From an uncultured Burkholderiales bacterium (GTDB taxonomy: Bacteria; Pseudomonadota; Gammaproteobacteria; Burkholderiales; Burkholderiaceae_C), in assembly GCA_903896615.1 (NCBI GenBank), contig CAITYM010000048.1, forward strand, positions 4,750 to 68,749: DNA of 64,000 bases, in the 5' to 3' direction. Position numbers and translations under genes: made by a program. Below the pieces are notes generated by a model. It was not told the origin of the DNA, searched no databases, and was given only the letters and a program-made list of their open reading frames with translations. This document shows, in pieces, positions 44,287 through 54,196 of the stretch (the stretch's first letter is position 1; the number at the start of each line of letters is the position of its first letter).

Positions 44287-44877
44287 TCAATTGCGAAAAT
44301 TTTTCGAGTTTTCTTCAACCGAAGGGTTAAGTGAAATTTCAGGACTGTGCTCACTATTTTCTACGCCGGCATACTGATCTTGTTCGAGTTGCGCAATGAT
44401 GTTGTGCACCATATTTGAGATCTTTGGCCGTCCAGTTTCAACTACGTGATGGGCTGTCTCACGATACAACGGGTCTCTGATACGAAAGATGTCCCTCAGA
44501 CGGGCGAGAGGATCTGCAACTTGGAGTAGAGGCCTATTTTGGTCATGCTTTAAGCGGCGAAAAACCTCCTCCGGCGTAGCCCTTAAATAAAAAACTTTTG
44601 CACGACTTTTTAGCGCCTCCCGATTAGAACTTCGGATAACGGTACCGCCACCGGTTGAGATAACTCCGTAATCACCTTGCAGAAGTTTTTCAATGACCTG
44701 CGCCTCAATGTCTCTGAAACGGTCCTCCCCCTCGACCTCGAAGAACTCTCGAATTGAGCAACCCAAACGCTCCTCAATCGCATGATCTGAATCGATAAAG
44801 TCCAAATTAAGTCGACGAGCAAGCTGCCTACCTACGGTAGACTTTCCACTTCCCGGGAGACCCACCAATGCCAGCAC
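44287..44877 (-). CDS. aroK: Shikimate kinase
   Basis: P-loop GLPGSGKSTVGRQLA, then DSD and STGGG motifs. I chose the GTG at 44875-44877, which is preceded by AGAAAGAGA. The longest ORF extends to 44961. Confidence 0.85.
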   Translation of the reverse strand: MLALVGLPGSGKSTVGRQLARRLNLDFIDSDHAIEERLGCSIREFFEVEGEDRFRDIEAQVIEKLLQGDYGVISTGGGTVIRSSNREALKSRAKVFYLRATPEEVFRRLKHDQNRPLLQVADPLARLRDIFRIRDPLYRETAHHVVETGRPKISNMVHNIIAQLEQDQYAGVENSEHSPEISLNPSVEENSKNFRN

Positions 44878-45204
44878 AGTCTGTCTCTTTCTGTTAAAAC
44901 TTAGCCCAAGATTTACCCGGGAGAAGCATAGATTCGTAATTCTTGGCTGAGATGTATGCACTCATTTGTTTGCGAAAAGGTTCACAAAGTTTATGCCTAC
45001 CCTCAGTCAGTCCAGTTCGGTATTTTAGTTGGGTTCAAGCTATATGTCGGCCAAGACTTAACTTAAGCGGGGCATAGTACCAATCTTTTACCCCCAATTG
45101 CGTGCAAAATCCAGAATTTAAGTGACGTCAGATCACACTCAAGGGTTAAACTCGGGCGAGAATCCAAAACAACTCACTGTTAACCAAGCGGTAGCGTTCC
45201 ATCC

Positions 45205-47613
45205 ATGCCTTTGTTTTCATTTAAATCCAAAAAATCTGGCCCATCTCCCAAGCAAGAGCAGGTGCCTGAGCACGCACCTGAATCAACCCTAGGGCAGTTA
45301 TTACTCTCATTTTTTAGCTGGGCAATCGGGCTCAGTGTTGCAGGCGCGTTAGCCCTGGGCATGTTGGTATGTATTTCACTTGCAATTGCCTACCCCCAGC
45401 TCCCCGATCTCTCAGATCTGGCTGATTACAGACCCAAACTCTCAATGCGCGTTTACTCGGTTGAGGGAAAGTTGATTGGCGAGTTTGGCGAAGAACGAAG
45501 AACGCTCACTGCATTTAAAGATATTCCACAAGTCATGAAAGATGCAGTTCTCTCAATTGAGGACGCTCGCTTTTACCAACATGGAGGAGTGGACTATGTG
45601 GGATTACTGCGTGCGAGTATCGCCAATTTAGGGCATGCCAAAAGTCAGGGCGCCTCGACCATCACCATGCAAGTTGCCAGGAATGTTTACCTCTCCTCTG
45701 AGAAAACTTTCACCCGCAAGATCTATGAAATACTGCTCACTTTAAAGCTCGAGCACATGTTGACCAAAGATCAAATCTTTGAGATCTATTTAAACCAAAT
45801 TTTTCTAGGCAACAGAGCTTATGGCTTTGCAGCAGCATCTCAGGCCTACTTTGGCAAACCGATTCAACAAATCTCAATTGCCGAAGCAGCAATGTTAGCT
45901 GGCTTGCCCAAGGCACCTTCTGCGTATAACCCAATCAACAATCCTAAGCGCGCCCGCACACGCCAGCAATACATCATAGAGCGGATGCTAGAAAACGGAT
46001 TTATAACGAAAGAGCAAGCAGAAACGGCCAAAGAAGAGGAGTTGCATATCCGCACCGCTGCCGTGGTAACTCAAACACACGCCGAATACGTTGCTGAAAT
46101 GGTTCGCCAATTGATGTTCGCACAGTACGGAGCTGATATTTACACTCGCGGCTTGAATGTATTTACAACAATTAAAGCAGAAGATCAAGAAGTTGCATAC
46201 CAAGCATTAAGGCGCGGCATCATGGACTATGAACTGCGCCAGGTCTACCGTGGCCCGGAGCGGTTTATAACACTACCGACAGATCCATCAGAGTTAGCCG
46301 ACGCAATTGATGATGCACTCGTTGACCAAGGAGATAAGGGTGACCTGTTATCAGCAGTGGTACTCGACGCAACGCCCAAATTAGTAAGAGCAATGCGCCT
46401 AAATAGCGAGTTAATTGAAATAACGGGGGAAGGACTAAAGCCCGTTCAATCAGGGCTCAGTGATAAAGCCCCTCCAAACATTAAATTACGTCCCGGCGCT
46501 TTGATCCGAATTGTTAAAGACCCCGCCAAAAACACCTGGTCTGTAACCCAGCTGCCCGAGGTGGAAGGCGCCTTTGTCGCCATTGACCCAAGGGACGGTG
46601 CGATTCGTTCATTAGTTGGTGGTTTTGATTTTGAGAAAAATAAATTCAACCATGTCACACAGGCGTGGCGCCAACCGGGCTCGGGGTTTAAGCCTTTTAT
46701 CTACTCAGCGGCGCTCGAAAAGGGATTCACTCCTACCACCATCATTAACGATGGCCCGCTCTTTTTTAGTGCAGGCGAAACGGGTGGACAAGCTTGGGAG
46801 CCCAAAAATTATGAAGGCACCTTTGAAGGGCCCCTCCCCCTTAAGACGGGCTTAGCTAAATCCAAAAACATGATCTCCATTCGCATTCTGAACTCGATCG
46901 GTACCGAATATGCGCAGAAATGGATTACCCGCTTTGGCTTTGAAGCAGAAAAGCATCCGCCCTATCTCACCATGGCGCTGGGGGCAGGCTCAGTCACGCC
47001 TATGCAACTTGCGGTTGGGTACTCTGTATTCGCAAACGGTGGTTTCCTAATGAACCCCTACATCATCACTAAAGTGGTTGACCCACTTGGCAAAGTTCTT
47101 ACCGAATACACGCCCGCGGAGCAAGAGGAGTCCGCGCGAGTGATCGATCAGCGCAATGCATTTTTGATGGACACTCTTTTGCAAGAAGTTGCTCGGGTAG
47201 GAACAGCCGCACGGGCGCAAGCAGTTTTAAAACGCCCAGATATTTACGGTAAAACAGGTACTACCAATGACTCCTTGGACGCATGGTTCTCAGGTTTTCA
47301 ACCCACGTTAACAGCCATTACTTGGATTGGATACGATACCCCGCGCAAACTCGGCGATCACGAAACTGGTGGAGGACTAAGCCTCCCCGTTTGGATTAGA
47401 TATATGCAACAAGCACTAAAAAATGTTCCCATAACGGAAATCGCCCCACCTCCAAGTGGCGTGGTGAGGGAAGGCAATGATTGGTACTTTAGCGAATTCG
47501 CTCACGGCGGGGGCGTTACCAGTCTAGGGCTTGAGGGAGGGGGCGGAGTCGCGCCTGAGTCCAACGCAGCAAGCGAAGAGCGTAAAAAGATCCTAGATAT
47601 CTTTAAAAACTAA
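45205..47613 (+). CDS. mrcA: Penicillin-binding protein 1A (bifunctional transglycosylase/transpeptidase)
   Basis: GT51 motifs EDARFYQHGGVD and GASTITMQ, plus transpeptidase motifs SGFKP (SxxK) and KTGTTN. Confidence 0.95.
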   Translation: MPLFSFKSKKSGPSPKQEQVPEHAPESTLGQLLLSFFSWAIGLSVAGALALGMLVCISLAIAYPQLPDLSDLADYRPKLSMRVYSVEGKLIGEFGEERRTLTAFKDIPQVMKDAVLSIEDARFYQHGGVDYVGLLRASIANLGHAKSQGASTITMQVARNVYLSSEKTFTRKIYEILLTLKLEHMLTKDQIFEIYLNQIFLGNRAYGFAAASQAYFGKPIQQISIAEAAMLAGLPKAPSAYNPINNPKRARTRQQYIIERMLENGFITKEQAETAKEEELHIRTAAVVTQTHAEYVAEMVRQLMFAQYGADIYTRGLNVFTTIKAEDQEVAYQALRRGIMDYELRQVYRGPERFITLPTDPSELADAIDDALVDQGDKGDLLSAVVLDATPKLVRAMRLNSELIEITGEGLKPVQSGLSDKAPPNIKLRPGALIRIVKDPAKNTWSVTQLPEVEGAFVAIDPRDGAIRSLVGGFDFEKNKFNHVTQAWRQPGSGFKPFIYSAALEKGFTPTTIINDGPLFFSAGETGGQAWEPKNYEGTFEGPLPLKTGLAKSKNMISIRILNSIGTEYAQKWITRFGFEAEKHPPYLTMALGAGSVTPMQLAVGYSVFANGGFLMNPYIITKVVDPLGKVLTEYTPAEQEESARVIDQRNAFLMDTLLQEVARVGTAARAQAVLKRPDIYGKTGTTNDSLDAWFSGFQPTLTAITWIGYDTPRKLGDHETGGGLSLPVWIRYMQQALKNVPITEIAPPPSGVVREGNDWYFSEFAHGGGVTSLGLEGGGGVAPESNAASEERKKILDIFKN

Positions 47614-47647
47614 ATATTAATGCGTAAACAGCCAGAATGGGACCTGG

Positions 47648-47983
47648 TTAAGGTGAGCTTTTAAACAACAAGGATAGGCCAGACTGAGAGCAGGCATCCT
47701 CAGTGAGTCGCCCCCAAAATTCACCCTGCCCTTTTGTATCCATCCAGCTTGCATTTGAAAAACGGAAATGGTAGCCCCCCGAGCGGGCTGCTAACCAAAC
47801 TTCCTGCAGCGGTTTTTGCAAATTAACAATGATTTGACTCTTGTTTGCAAAAGTAAGCGTAATCATCGAGCCAACTCTTTGGTTATCAATGTCAGCGTCA
47901 GATTGGTCATTGATAAGATCACAGTTTTGCTCTACGGCCTTAAGCAGTGCCTCTGCATGTTCTAAGAATTCAAGATCAGTCAT
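47648..47983 (-). CDS. cyaY: Iron donor protein CyaY (frataxin homolog)
   Basis: 111 aa with an acidic N-terminal helix and the ...[22 protein letters not shown]... frataxin core. It lies beside the lysA locus, as is typical. Confidence 0.85.
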   Translation of the reverse strand: MTDLEFLEHAEALLKAVEQNCDLINDQSDADIDNQRVGSMITLTFANKSQIIVNLQKPLQEVWLAARSGGYHFRFSNASWMDTKGQGEFWGRLTEDACSQSGLSLLFKSSP

Positions 47984-48141
47984 AAATCAATTCACCGGTA
48001 TTAAGTACAAAGAAGAATGTCAAATCTACTAAAAAACCTCCAAGATTTCAATGGAGTAAGTACAATTTACAGATCTTAACGCCTCATTCTAAGCAACACC
48101 TATTACCATCGCCTTAGAAAGGGGTAAATCTTCATGTCTGT

Positions 48142-48486
48142 GTGTGTAAATTGAATCAACAAACAACTCATCATTGCAAAGGTGCACTAAAAGAAGTATT
48201 CAGAATAATTATTTTGATTGCACTCACCGGTTGCGGACAAAAAGCTGGGCTCACACTGCCAACAGATGTGGACAACAAGAGTCGAGCATCTTTACCCCAA
48301 ATTTTCTTGCCCATAGGCTCCAATATTCAAACTCCTAACCCCAACCCCAACCCCATCCCCAACCCTAATCCTAATGTGATTACCCAACCTGCTACCAAAA
48401 ATGAGCAGGATCAAAAGCAGGCGCCCGCCCAACCCCCGACAACCTCAGTGTCACCAGCCATTGGCTCGACTTTAAAAAACAACTAA
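48142..48486 (+). CDS. Small lipoprotein, LptM (YifL)-like, with a Pro-Asn repeat linker
   Basis: Lipobox IALTGC followed by GQKAGLTLP (LptM-type CGxKGxLxLP). It is immediately upstream of lysA. The start is uncertain (GTG 48142 or TTG 48151). Confidence 0.6.
   Translation: MCKLNQQTTHHCKGALKEVFRIIILIALTGCGQKAGLTLPTDVDNKSRASLPQIFLPIGSNIQTPNPNPNPIPNPNPNVITQPATKNEQDQKQAPAQPPTTSVSPAIGSTLKNN
48334..48375 (+). repeat. Short tandem C-rich repeat, (CCCCAA)-like x3 plus degenerate units, encoding PNPNPNPIPNPNPN
   Basis: Read directly: cctaaccccaaccccaaccccatccccaaccctaatcctaat, inside the lipoprotein ORF. Confidence 0.6.
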
Positions 48487-48533
48487 TAATTTTTTAAAAA
48501 AAGCAATTTCTTTAACCTCATCGCTCATTATGT

Positions 48534-49805
48534 ATGTCTGAACTTAAACTCCCCGGCGCCCCTTATATTGAATACCAAAATCAAACATTGATGATGGAGA
48601 AGGTTGCGTTAAACGTTCTAGCAACAAAATACGGAACACCACTATTTGTATACTCCAAGGCAGCGATGACGGGCGCTCTGGAGGAGTACAGACGAGCATT
48701 TCAGCACCGTAAAGCGCGCATCCACTACGCAATGAAAGCCAACTCTTCACTGGGTGTGCTGAGAGTATTTGCTTCAAATGGATGCGGCTTTGATATCGTA
48801 TCGGGCGGGGAGTTAGCAAAAGTATTGGCTGCGGGGGGTAAAGCAGAACATGTCATTTTCTCAGGCGTTGGCAAAACGCGCGCAGAAATCCGCGCAGCGC
48901 TTGATGCGGGAATATGCTGCTTTAATGTTGAAAGCGAGCCTGAACTGGATGTAATTAATGAAGTTGCCTTAGGCGCTAACAAGGTAGCGCCTATCAGCCT
49001 AAGAGTGAATCCAAATGTCGATGCAAAAACTCACCCCTATATTTCAACTGGTCTCAAAGACAATAAATTTGGAATTGCCCATGAAGACGCAATTGAGGCC
49101 TACAAATATGCCTCAAAACTCAAGGGGCTAAAAATCACTGGCATCGATTGCCATATCGGCTCGCAAATCACCGAGATCTCACCCTATGAGGATGCGGTCT
49201 CTCGCGTATTGGATCTTGTTGACGCTATAGAGGCAAGTGGGATTCACATTGAGCACTTAGATTTTGGGGGTGGCCTAGGGATTAATTACGAAGGCGAAGC
49301 GCCCCCCAAAGCTTACGAGCTTTGGGAAAAACTTTTTGAACTCATTGATAAGCGAGGATACGGAGATCGATTTATCTTTGTGGAGCCTGGACGATCACTA
49401 GTGGGGAATGCAGGGGTTTGCTTAACGCGTGTTGAATACCTAAAAACGGGCGAGCATAAAAACTTCTGTATCGTTGACGCAGCCATGAACGATGTGCCAA
49501 GACCTGCTATGTACGAAGCTTATCACTCAATAGTCCCACTTAAAGCTGAAACGGTTAGCCCACAAACAACTTATGACGTAGTAGGCCCTGTTTGTGAAAG
49601 CGGGGATTGGTTGGGCAAGGACCGCGCATTAAACGTACAAGTGGGTGACGAACTTGCCATTCTCTCAGCGGGCGCTTATTGCATGAGCATGTCAAGCAAT
49701 TACAACTCAAGGGGGCGAGCAGCTGAGGTGCTCGTTGATGCGTCAAATGAGCACCTCATACGTCGTCGCGAGACCAATGCTGATTTAATGCAACAAGAGA
49801 TATAG
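48534..49805 (+). CDS. lysA: Diaminopimelate decarboxylase
   Basis: PLP-lysine context HYAMKANS, plus the GGGLGI and CESGD motifs. Confidence 0.95.
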   Translation: MSELKLPGAPYIEYQNQTLMMEKVALNVLATKYGTPLFVYSKAAMTGALEEYRRAFQHRKARIHYAMKANSSLGVLRVFASNGCGFDIVSGGELAKVLAAGGKAEHVIFSGVGKTRAEIRAALDAGICCFNVESEPELDVINEVALGANKVAPISLRVNPNVDAKTHPYISTGLKDNKFGIAHEDAIEAYKYASKLKGLKITGIDCHIGSQITEISPYEDAVSRVLDLVDAIEASGIHIEHLDFGGGLGINYEGEAPPKAYELWEKLFELIDKRGYGDRFIFVEPGRSLVGNAGVCLTRVEYLKTGEHKNFCIVDAAMNDVPRPAMYEAYHSIVPLKAETVSPQTTYDVVGPVCESGDWLGKDRALNVQVGDELAILSAGAYCMSMSSNYNSRGRAAEVLVDASNEHLIRRRETNADLMQQEI

Positions 49806-49825
49806 AATTTGAGACGAAGGTGCTA

Positions 49826-50467
49826 TCAGATATGTATTGATTCTCTATTTTGTTTGACTCTCTCTTGTATCCATCTAAGAAATCGCCAAAATAATAACCC
49901 CCCCAAAATAGTTGCGTAAACAATGACCTCTTGATAGTTGTGCTTGGCTGACTTCATCCAGTAAAAGTGTATTACAGCTAAAACTGCCACTGCATATACA
50001 AGTTTATGCAACTGATGCCATCTCGCTACGCCCATCCATTTGATGGCAGCATTGGTTGATGTGATAGCCATCAAACTCAAAAACAACCACCCTAAAAAAC
50101 CAACCAATATAAAGGGGCGCTTGGTAATATCTTTTAATATATCGCCCCATTCAAACTCCATATCAAAGCCTGAATAGCAAAGTAAATGAAGAGTTCCATA
50201 GGCAAAAACGCTCACGCCAATAATGCGTCTAAACCGAATCAAGGCGGGGGTATTCGTAAATACTCTAAGCGGAGTCACTAAGAGGACAAAGCATAGAAAA
50301 CGGATGCTCCAATCCCCCGTTCCTCGAATCAGCGCCTCTGCGGGGTTGGGGCCCAAATCGTCATAAATTATTTTATAAACAAATAAGATGAAGGGCAGAC
50401 AGCAAAAGACCAAAAGCACTTTTTTGGCGTGTGGATGAAGCAACAATGATCTCATTGTGTCAATCAA
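49826..50467 (-). CDS. msrQ: Protein-methionine-sulfoxide reductase heme-binding subunit MsrQ (YedZ)
   Basis: Six-TM ferric-reductase-like protein downstream of msrP. Confidence 0.85.
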   Translation of the reverse strand: MIDTMRSLLLHPHAKKVLLVFCCLPFILFVYKIIYDDLGPNPAEALIRGTGDWSIRFLCFVLLVTPLRVFTNTPALIRFRRIIGVSVFAYGTLHLLCYSGFDMEFEWGDILKDITKRPFILVGFLGWLFLSLMAITSTNAAIKWMGVARWHQLHKLVYAVAVLAVIHFYWMKSAKHNYQEVIVYATILGGLLFWRFLRWIQERVKQNRESIHI

Positions 50468-50479
50468 GAGGTTTGCTGG

Positions 50480-51499
50480 TTAGAAATTTTTCTGTAAATC
50501 CATACCAGCATATAACTGGCCAACCTGTTGCTCATAGCCGTTGAACATCAGCGTTTTTCTCTTCTTAGCAAAAAGCCCGTCTTCTCCAATGCGACGCTCA
50601 GTTGCCTGACTCCACCTGGGATGATCTACCCCGGGGTTGACGTTAGAGTAAAAACCATATTCGTTCGCTGCAGCTTTGTTCCAAGCCGTTGAAGGCATCT
50701 TCTCAACAAATCTTATTTTCACAATACTTTTGGCACTTTTAAATCCGTACTTCCACGGCACAACAATTCTCACTGGTGCTCCGCTTTGATTAGGCAATAC
50801 CTCACCGTACATACCAAACGTCAAAAGTGTTAAGGGATGCATGGCCTCATCCATCCTTAATCCTTCCGTATATGGCCAATCCAAAATACCTGAACCTACA
50901 AAAGGCATTGTTTTGGGATCCGCCAAACTCACAAACTCAACAAATTTTGCATTGGATAGTGGCTCTACTTTGCTGACAAGCTCAGAAAAAGAATAGCCCA
51001 CCCAAGGAATAACCATTGACCACCCCTCAACACACCTCATACGGTAAATACGCTCCTCCATGGGGTGTGCCTTTAATAAATCCTCCAAAGTGATTTTCAT
51101 GGGTTTTTTAACCAACCCTTCCACTTGAACACTCCAAGACGCAGTCTTCAGCGTATGCGCATTCTTAACGGGATCGCTTTTATCTGTTCCGAATTCGTAA
51201 AAATTGTTATATGAAGATGCATCTAAAAGGCTTGTCGGCTTGTCCAACACATAAGCCCCTGAAGCGCTAGAGTGCGCGCCGATTAAGGGAGGTAGCTTTG
51301 TTGCTGATGGATTTGCTGGTTGAGAGGACTGGGCAAGGGAGTTGTGGGCACCCAAAGCACCAAGGGACAGCCCAGCGCCTGTCAACCCTTTGAGTACAGC
51401 ACGCCGACTCTCAAACACTGAGCGGGGTGTAACTTTGCTCTCCGGGATATCTTGCCCAAGTAGTTGAGATGATTTAATCCACATAGCAATTCCTTTCAA
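50480..51499 (-). CDS. msrP: Protein-methionine-sulfoxide reductase catalytic subunit MsrP (YedY, molybdopterin)
   Basis: Tat signal [26 protein letters not shown] and RMRCVEGWS motifs. Confidence 0.9.
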   Translation of the reverse strand: MKGIAMWIKSSQLLGQDIPESKVTPRSVFESRRAVLKGLTGAGLSLGALGAHNSLAQSSQPANPSATKLPPLIGAHSSASGAYVLDKPTSLLDASSYNNFYEFGTDKSDPVKNAHTLKTASWSVQVEGLVKKPMKITLEDLLKAHPMEERIYRMRCVEGWSMVIPWVGYSFSELVSKVEPLSNAKFVEFVSLADPKTMPFVGSGILDWPYTEGLRMDEAMHPLTLLTFGMYGEVLPNQSGAPVRIVVPWKYGFKSAKSIVKIRFVEKMPSTAWNKAAANEYGFYSNVNPGVDHPRWSQATERRIGEDGLFAKKRKTLMFNGYEQQVGQLYAGMDLQKNF

Positions 51500-51654
51500 T
51501 GAATGTTAGCAAGCAACTGTGAGGTGTTGGACAGAGCAACTTAGATCCTAACTCAATGCATTTACTCAGCACCGGCGTGTCGTGGTCTCCCTCAACTCTG
51601 TAGGACTATCAAAGACACTTAAAAGACGCAAGAAATCGTAGCATATCAGGTCTC

Positions 51655-51689
51655 AAAAAAAAGCCGCTCGGCTTGGGGAGCGGCTTTTT
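51655..51689 (-). terminator. Rho-independent (bidirectional) terminator after cytochrome c4
   Basis: A GCCGCTC/GAGCGGC stem (51663-51669 with 51678-51684) is flanked by A8 on one side and T5 on the other. Confidence 0.65.
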
Positions 51690-51709
51690 ATCTTTTAATA
51701 AACAAAGTT

Positions 51710-52348
51710 TCAATGTAGACCCGCAATGTAATCTGATACAGCCTGAATTTCTTTGTCATTTAATTTAGCAGCAATCATCGTCATTTGAATGCTGTTATTA
51801 CGAACCCCACCCCTGAACGCAGTGAGTTGTGCGGTTGTATAGTCTTGATGTTGACCACTTAAACGGGGATATTGTGATGGGATACCAGCTCCTGTTGGAC
51901 TATGGCAACCTGCACAAGCAGCTATCTGACGATCGGCAATGCCGCCCTTGTAAATTTTCTCGCCAAGCGCCACAAGTTCTTTGTCCTTAGCAAATCCGTG
52001 CTTAGGATCTTTGGTGCTTAACCAAGCCGCAACGTTTTTCATGTCGTCTTCAGACAAAGTCGCAGCCATTCCAGACATGACTGCATTGGCCCTCTTTCCT
52101 GATTTAAATTCTTGTAATTGTTTAACCAAATACTCAGGGTGTTGATGTGCCAATTTAGGATTGGTTGTAATTGCAGAGTTGCCATCAGCTCCGTGGCACG
52201 CTGAACAGAGTGCGAAACTCGCCTCACCTTTAGCAAGATCTGGCTTTGAAGGAGCAGCAACAGTCTTCGCTTCTTCAGCGGCAAAAGAGTTACCTAGTGT
52301 AGAAAGACTCACTACACCGACAAATAATAAAGATGCAATATGCTTCAT
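51710..52348 (-). CDS. Dihaem cytochrome c4
   Basis: Signal peptide and two heme sites, CSACHG and CAGCHS. Confidence 0.85.
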   Translation of the reverse strand: MKHIASLLFVGVVSLSTLGNSFAAEEAKTVAAPSKPDLAKGEASFALCSACHGADGNSAITTNPKLAHQHPEYLVKQLQEFKSGKRANAVMSGMAATLSEDDMKNVAAWLSTKDPKHGFAKDKELVALGEKIYKGGIADRQIAACAGCHSPTGAGIPSQYPRLSGQHQDYTTAQLTAFRGGVRNNSIQMTMIAAKLNDKEIQAVSDYIAGLH

Positions 52349-52446
52349 GATGTTCTAATTCTGAGTCAGGGGAAACCCCAAACTTTAGATTCTACAATGT
52401 ACGGTGCCCTGACTTAGGTTGTGAGGGTTAAATTCTCCACAAAATT

Positions 52447-53262
52447 ATGCCCCCCAACCCAAACAAAAAGTCCAGTCAGGCACCTAAAAGGCCATCCCTC
52501 ATTGCCCCTAAGGGACCTGCAACTGAAGTGTCCCAAGAGGCCAAAGAAGCTATGGGGTGGCTCCACACGGCTCGGTTTTTGACTACGGCCGCGCAAATGC
52601 ATCATTTACCCGCTTATGACTTGCCTGAAATTGCATTTGTCGGCCGATCCAACGCCGGGAAATCAACCTGTATAAATGTACTAACTCAACAAAAAAAGTT
52701 AGCCTATGCCTCCAAAACGCCTGGGCGCACTCAGCACATTAACTTGTTCGCCTTAGGTAGACAGGGTCAATCAGACGCTGTGTTGGCTGATTTACCGGGA
52801 TATGGGTATGCCGCCGTGCCGAAAAGCGACAAAATTCGATGGCAACAAGTCATGGCGAACTATTTAATCACCAGACCCAATCTAATTGGGGTTGTGTTGC
52901 TGTGTGATCCGCGACATGGGCTAACTGAGTTAGATGACATCCTCTTAGATGTCCTTCGCCCAAGAGTGGAGGAGGGGCTCAAATTCTTGGTTTTACTGAC
53001 CAAAGCCGATAAGCTTAACAAAACTGAAGCGACCAAGGCTTTATCAATCGCCAAATTACAATCATCAGGTGGAGTCGTAAGGCTATTTTCAGCACTCAAA
53101 AAACAGGGTGTTGCAGAGGCGAGTCAAATTATCTGGGATTGGGTTCACGCCAAAGACTCTACAGTGCTAAGTACCGCGCCGACTGAGCCGACTGAGCAAT
53201 CTGAAATAAGTCATCTTGGTAGTGCAGGTCATGAGGATAACGAGGATGAATCTCTAAATTGA
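52447..53262 (+). CDS. engB: Ribosome biogenesis GTPase EngB (YihA/YsxC)
   Basis: G1 GRSNAGKST, G3 DLPGYG and G4 TKADK. It has both N- and C-terminal extensions, and the start may be downstream. Confidence 0.85.
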   Translation: MPPNPNKKSSQAPKRPSLIAPKGPATEVSQEAKEAMGWLHTARFLTTAAQMHHLPAYDLPEIAFVGRSNAGKSTCINVLTQQKKLAYASKTPGRTQHINLFALGRQGQSDAVLADLPGYGYAAVPKSDKIRWQQVMANYLITRPNLIGVVLLCDPRHGLTELDDILLDVLRPRVEEGLKFLVLLTKADKLNKTEATKALSIAKLQSSGGVVRLFSALKKQGVAEASQIIWDWVHAKDSTVLSTAPTEPTEQSEISHLGSAGHEDNEDESLN

Positions 53263-53302
53263 TGCCTGAATTAAGAGTTCGTTACTTACACTTACTCCCT
53301 CA

Positions 53303-54196
53303 CTATTGATATAACGAAGCCTCTCCGGGGGGGCGTGTTTTAAAGCGTCTGTGCACCCAGTAATACTGCTCAGGCATATCTGTGATCAATCGTTCTAGTT
53401 CAATGTTCATACGCTGGGTATCTGTCTGCAAATTGCCCGTAGGAAAGTCTTCCCATAAAGAGCTGACTCGCACTTCGTAGCCAGCAGAATTAAGCTCAGT
53501 GACAACACTGAGGACCTTCGCCCTTGCAACTTTTGAAAACCGCGACAAAGAGGTAACTGTTGCTGCGCTTTGTCCATAAAAAGATGCAAAGACAGTTTCA
53601 TTTTCTCCAAAATCCATATCAGGTAATAAATAAAGCGCTGCTCCGGATTTTATGCAGCGTACCACCTCTGCAACGCCTTGCTCCCGCCTGAACAAACGCA
53701 CACGACCAAAGCGCGTGCGCCCGGCCAAAACCCAATTATCCATATTTGGTGTAGATTGCTGAGTGAATATAGTGATCAGCTCGCGTGAACTCTCTAGCCC
53801 CAAGGCCGTCCAACCCGCATCTAAGCCAACAAAGTGAGGGGCAAATAGCACCAAAGGTTGCGCGCTCTTTGTAAGATCCAAATTCTTAAGTAACTCAAGT
53901 GAATTTACGTCCCCAGTCACTCTAATACGAGCTCTAACAGTGTGCTCTGGTGAGTGCCATAACCAACTGCGATCTAATAAAGCTTGAACAAGACAAACAA
54001 AATGCTTTTTACCTAAAGTATCTCTTTCTTGAGGATCTGAATTGGGAAAACAAAGCTTCAAATTAGTTTGAACAATTCGCCGGCGACGACCAGCAACAGT
54101 CCATAACAAGCCGCCTATGCACGCCCCAACCCCCCTTAAAAGAGGCAACGGTAAAAACCGAAATAATCCCAGCAAGTTGATCAGTAATCTAGACAT
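53303..54196 (-). CDS. Lipid A biosynthesis lauroyl/myristoyl acyltransferase family (LpxL/LpxM)
   Basis: N-terminal TM helix, HX4D motif in APHFVGLD, LPDMDFG, and the C-terminal PEQYYWVHRRFK. Confidence 0.8.
   Translation of the reverse strand: MSRLLINLLGLFRFLPLPLLRGVGACIGGLLWTVAGRRRRIVQTNLKLCFPNSDPQERDTLGKKHFVCLVQALLDRSWLWHSPEHTVRARIRVTGDVNSLELLKNLDLTKSAQPLVLFAPHFVGLDAGWTALGLESSRELITIFTQQSTPNMDNWVLAGRTRFGRVRLFRREQGVAEVVRCIKSGAALYLLPDMDFGENETVFASFYGQSAATVTSLSRFSKVARAKVLSVVTELNSAGYEVRVSSLWEDFPTGNLQTDTQRMNIELERLITDMPEQYYWVHRRFKTRPPGEASLYQ

Noticed and set aside
48334-48375. The CCCCAA repeats resemble ciliate (Tetrahymena-type) telomeric C4A2 repeats. That is tempting because some Polynucleobacter are ciliate symbionts.
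   Set aside because: There are only three perfect units. They are in frame inside a lipoprotein ORF encoding a Pro-Asn linker, so coincidence is the simplest reading.
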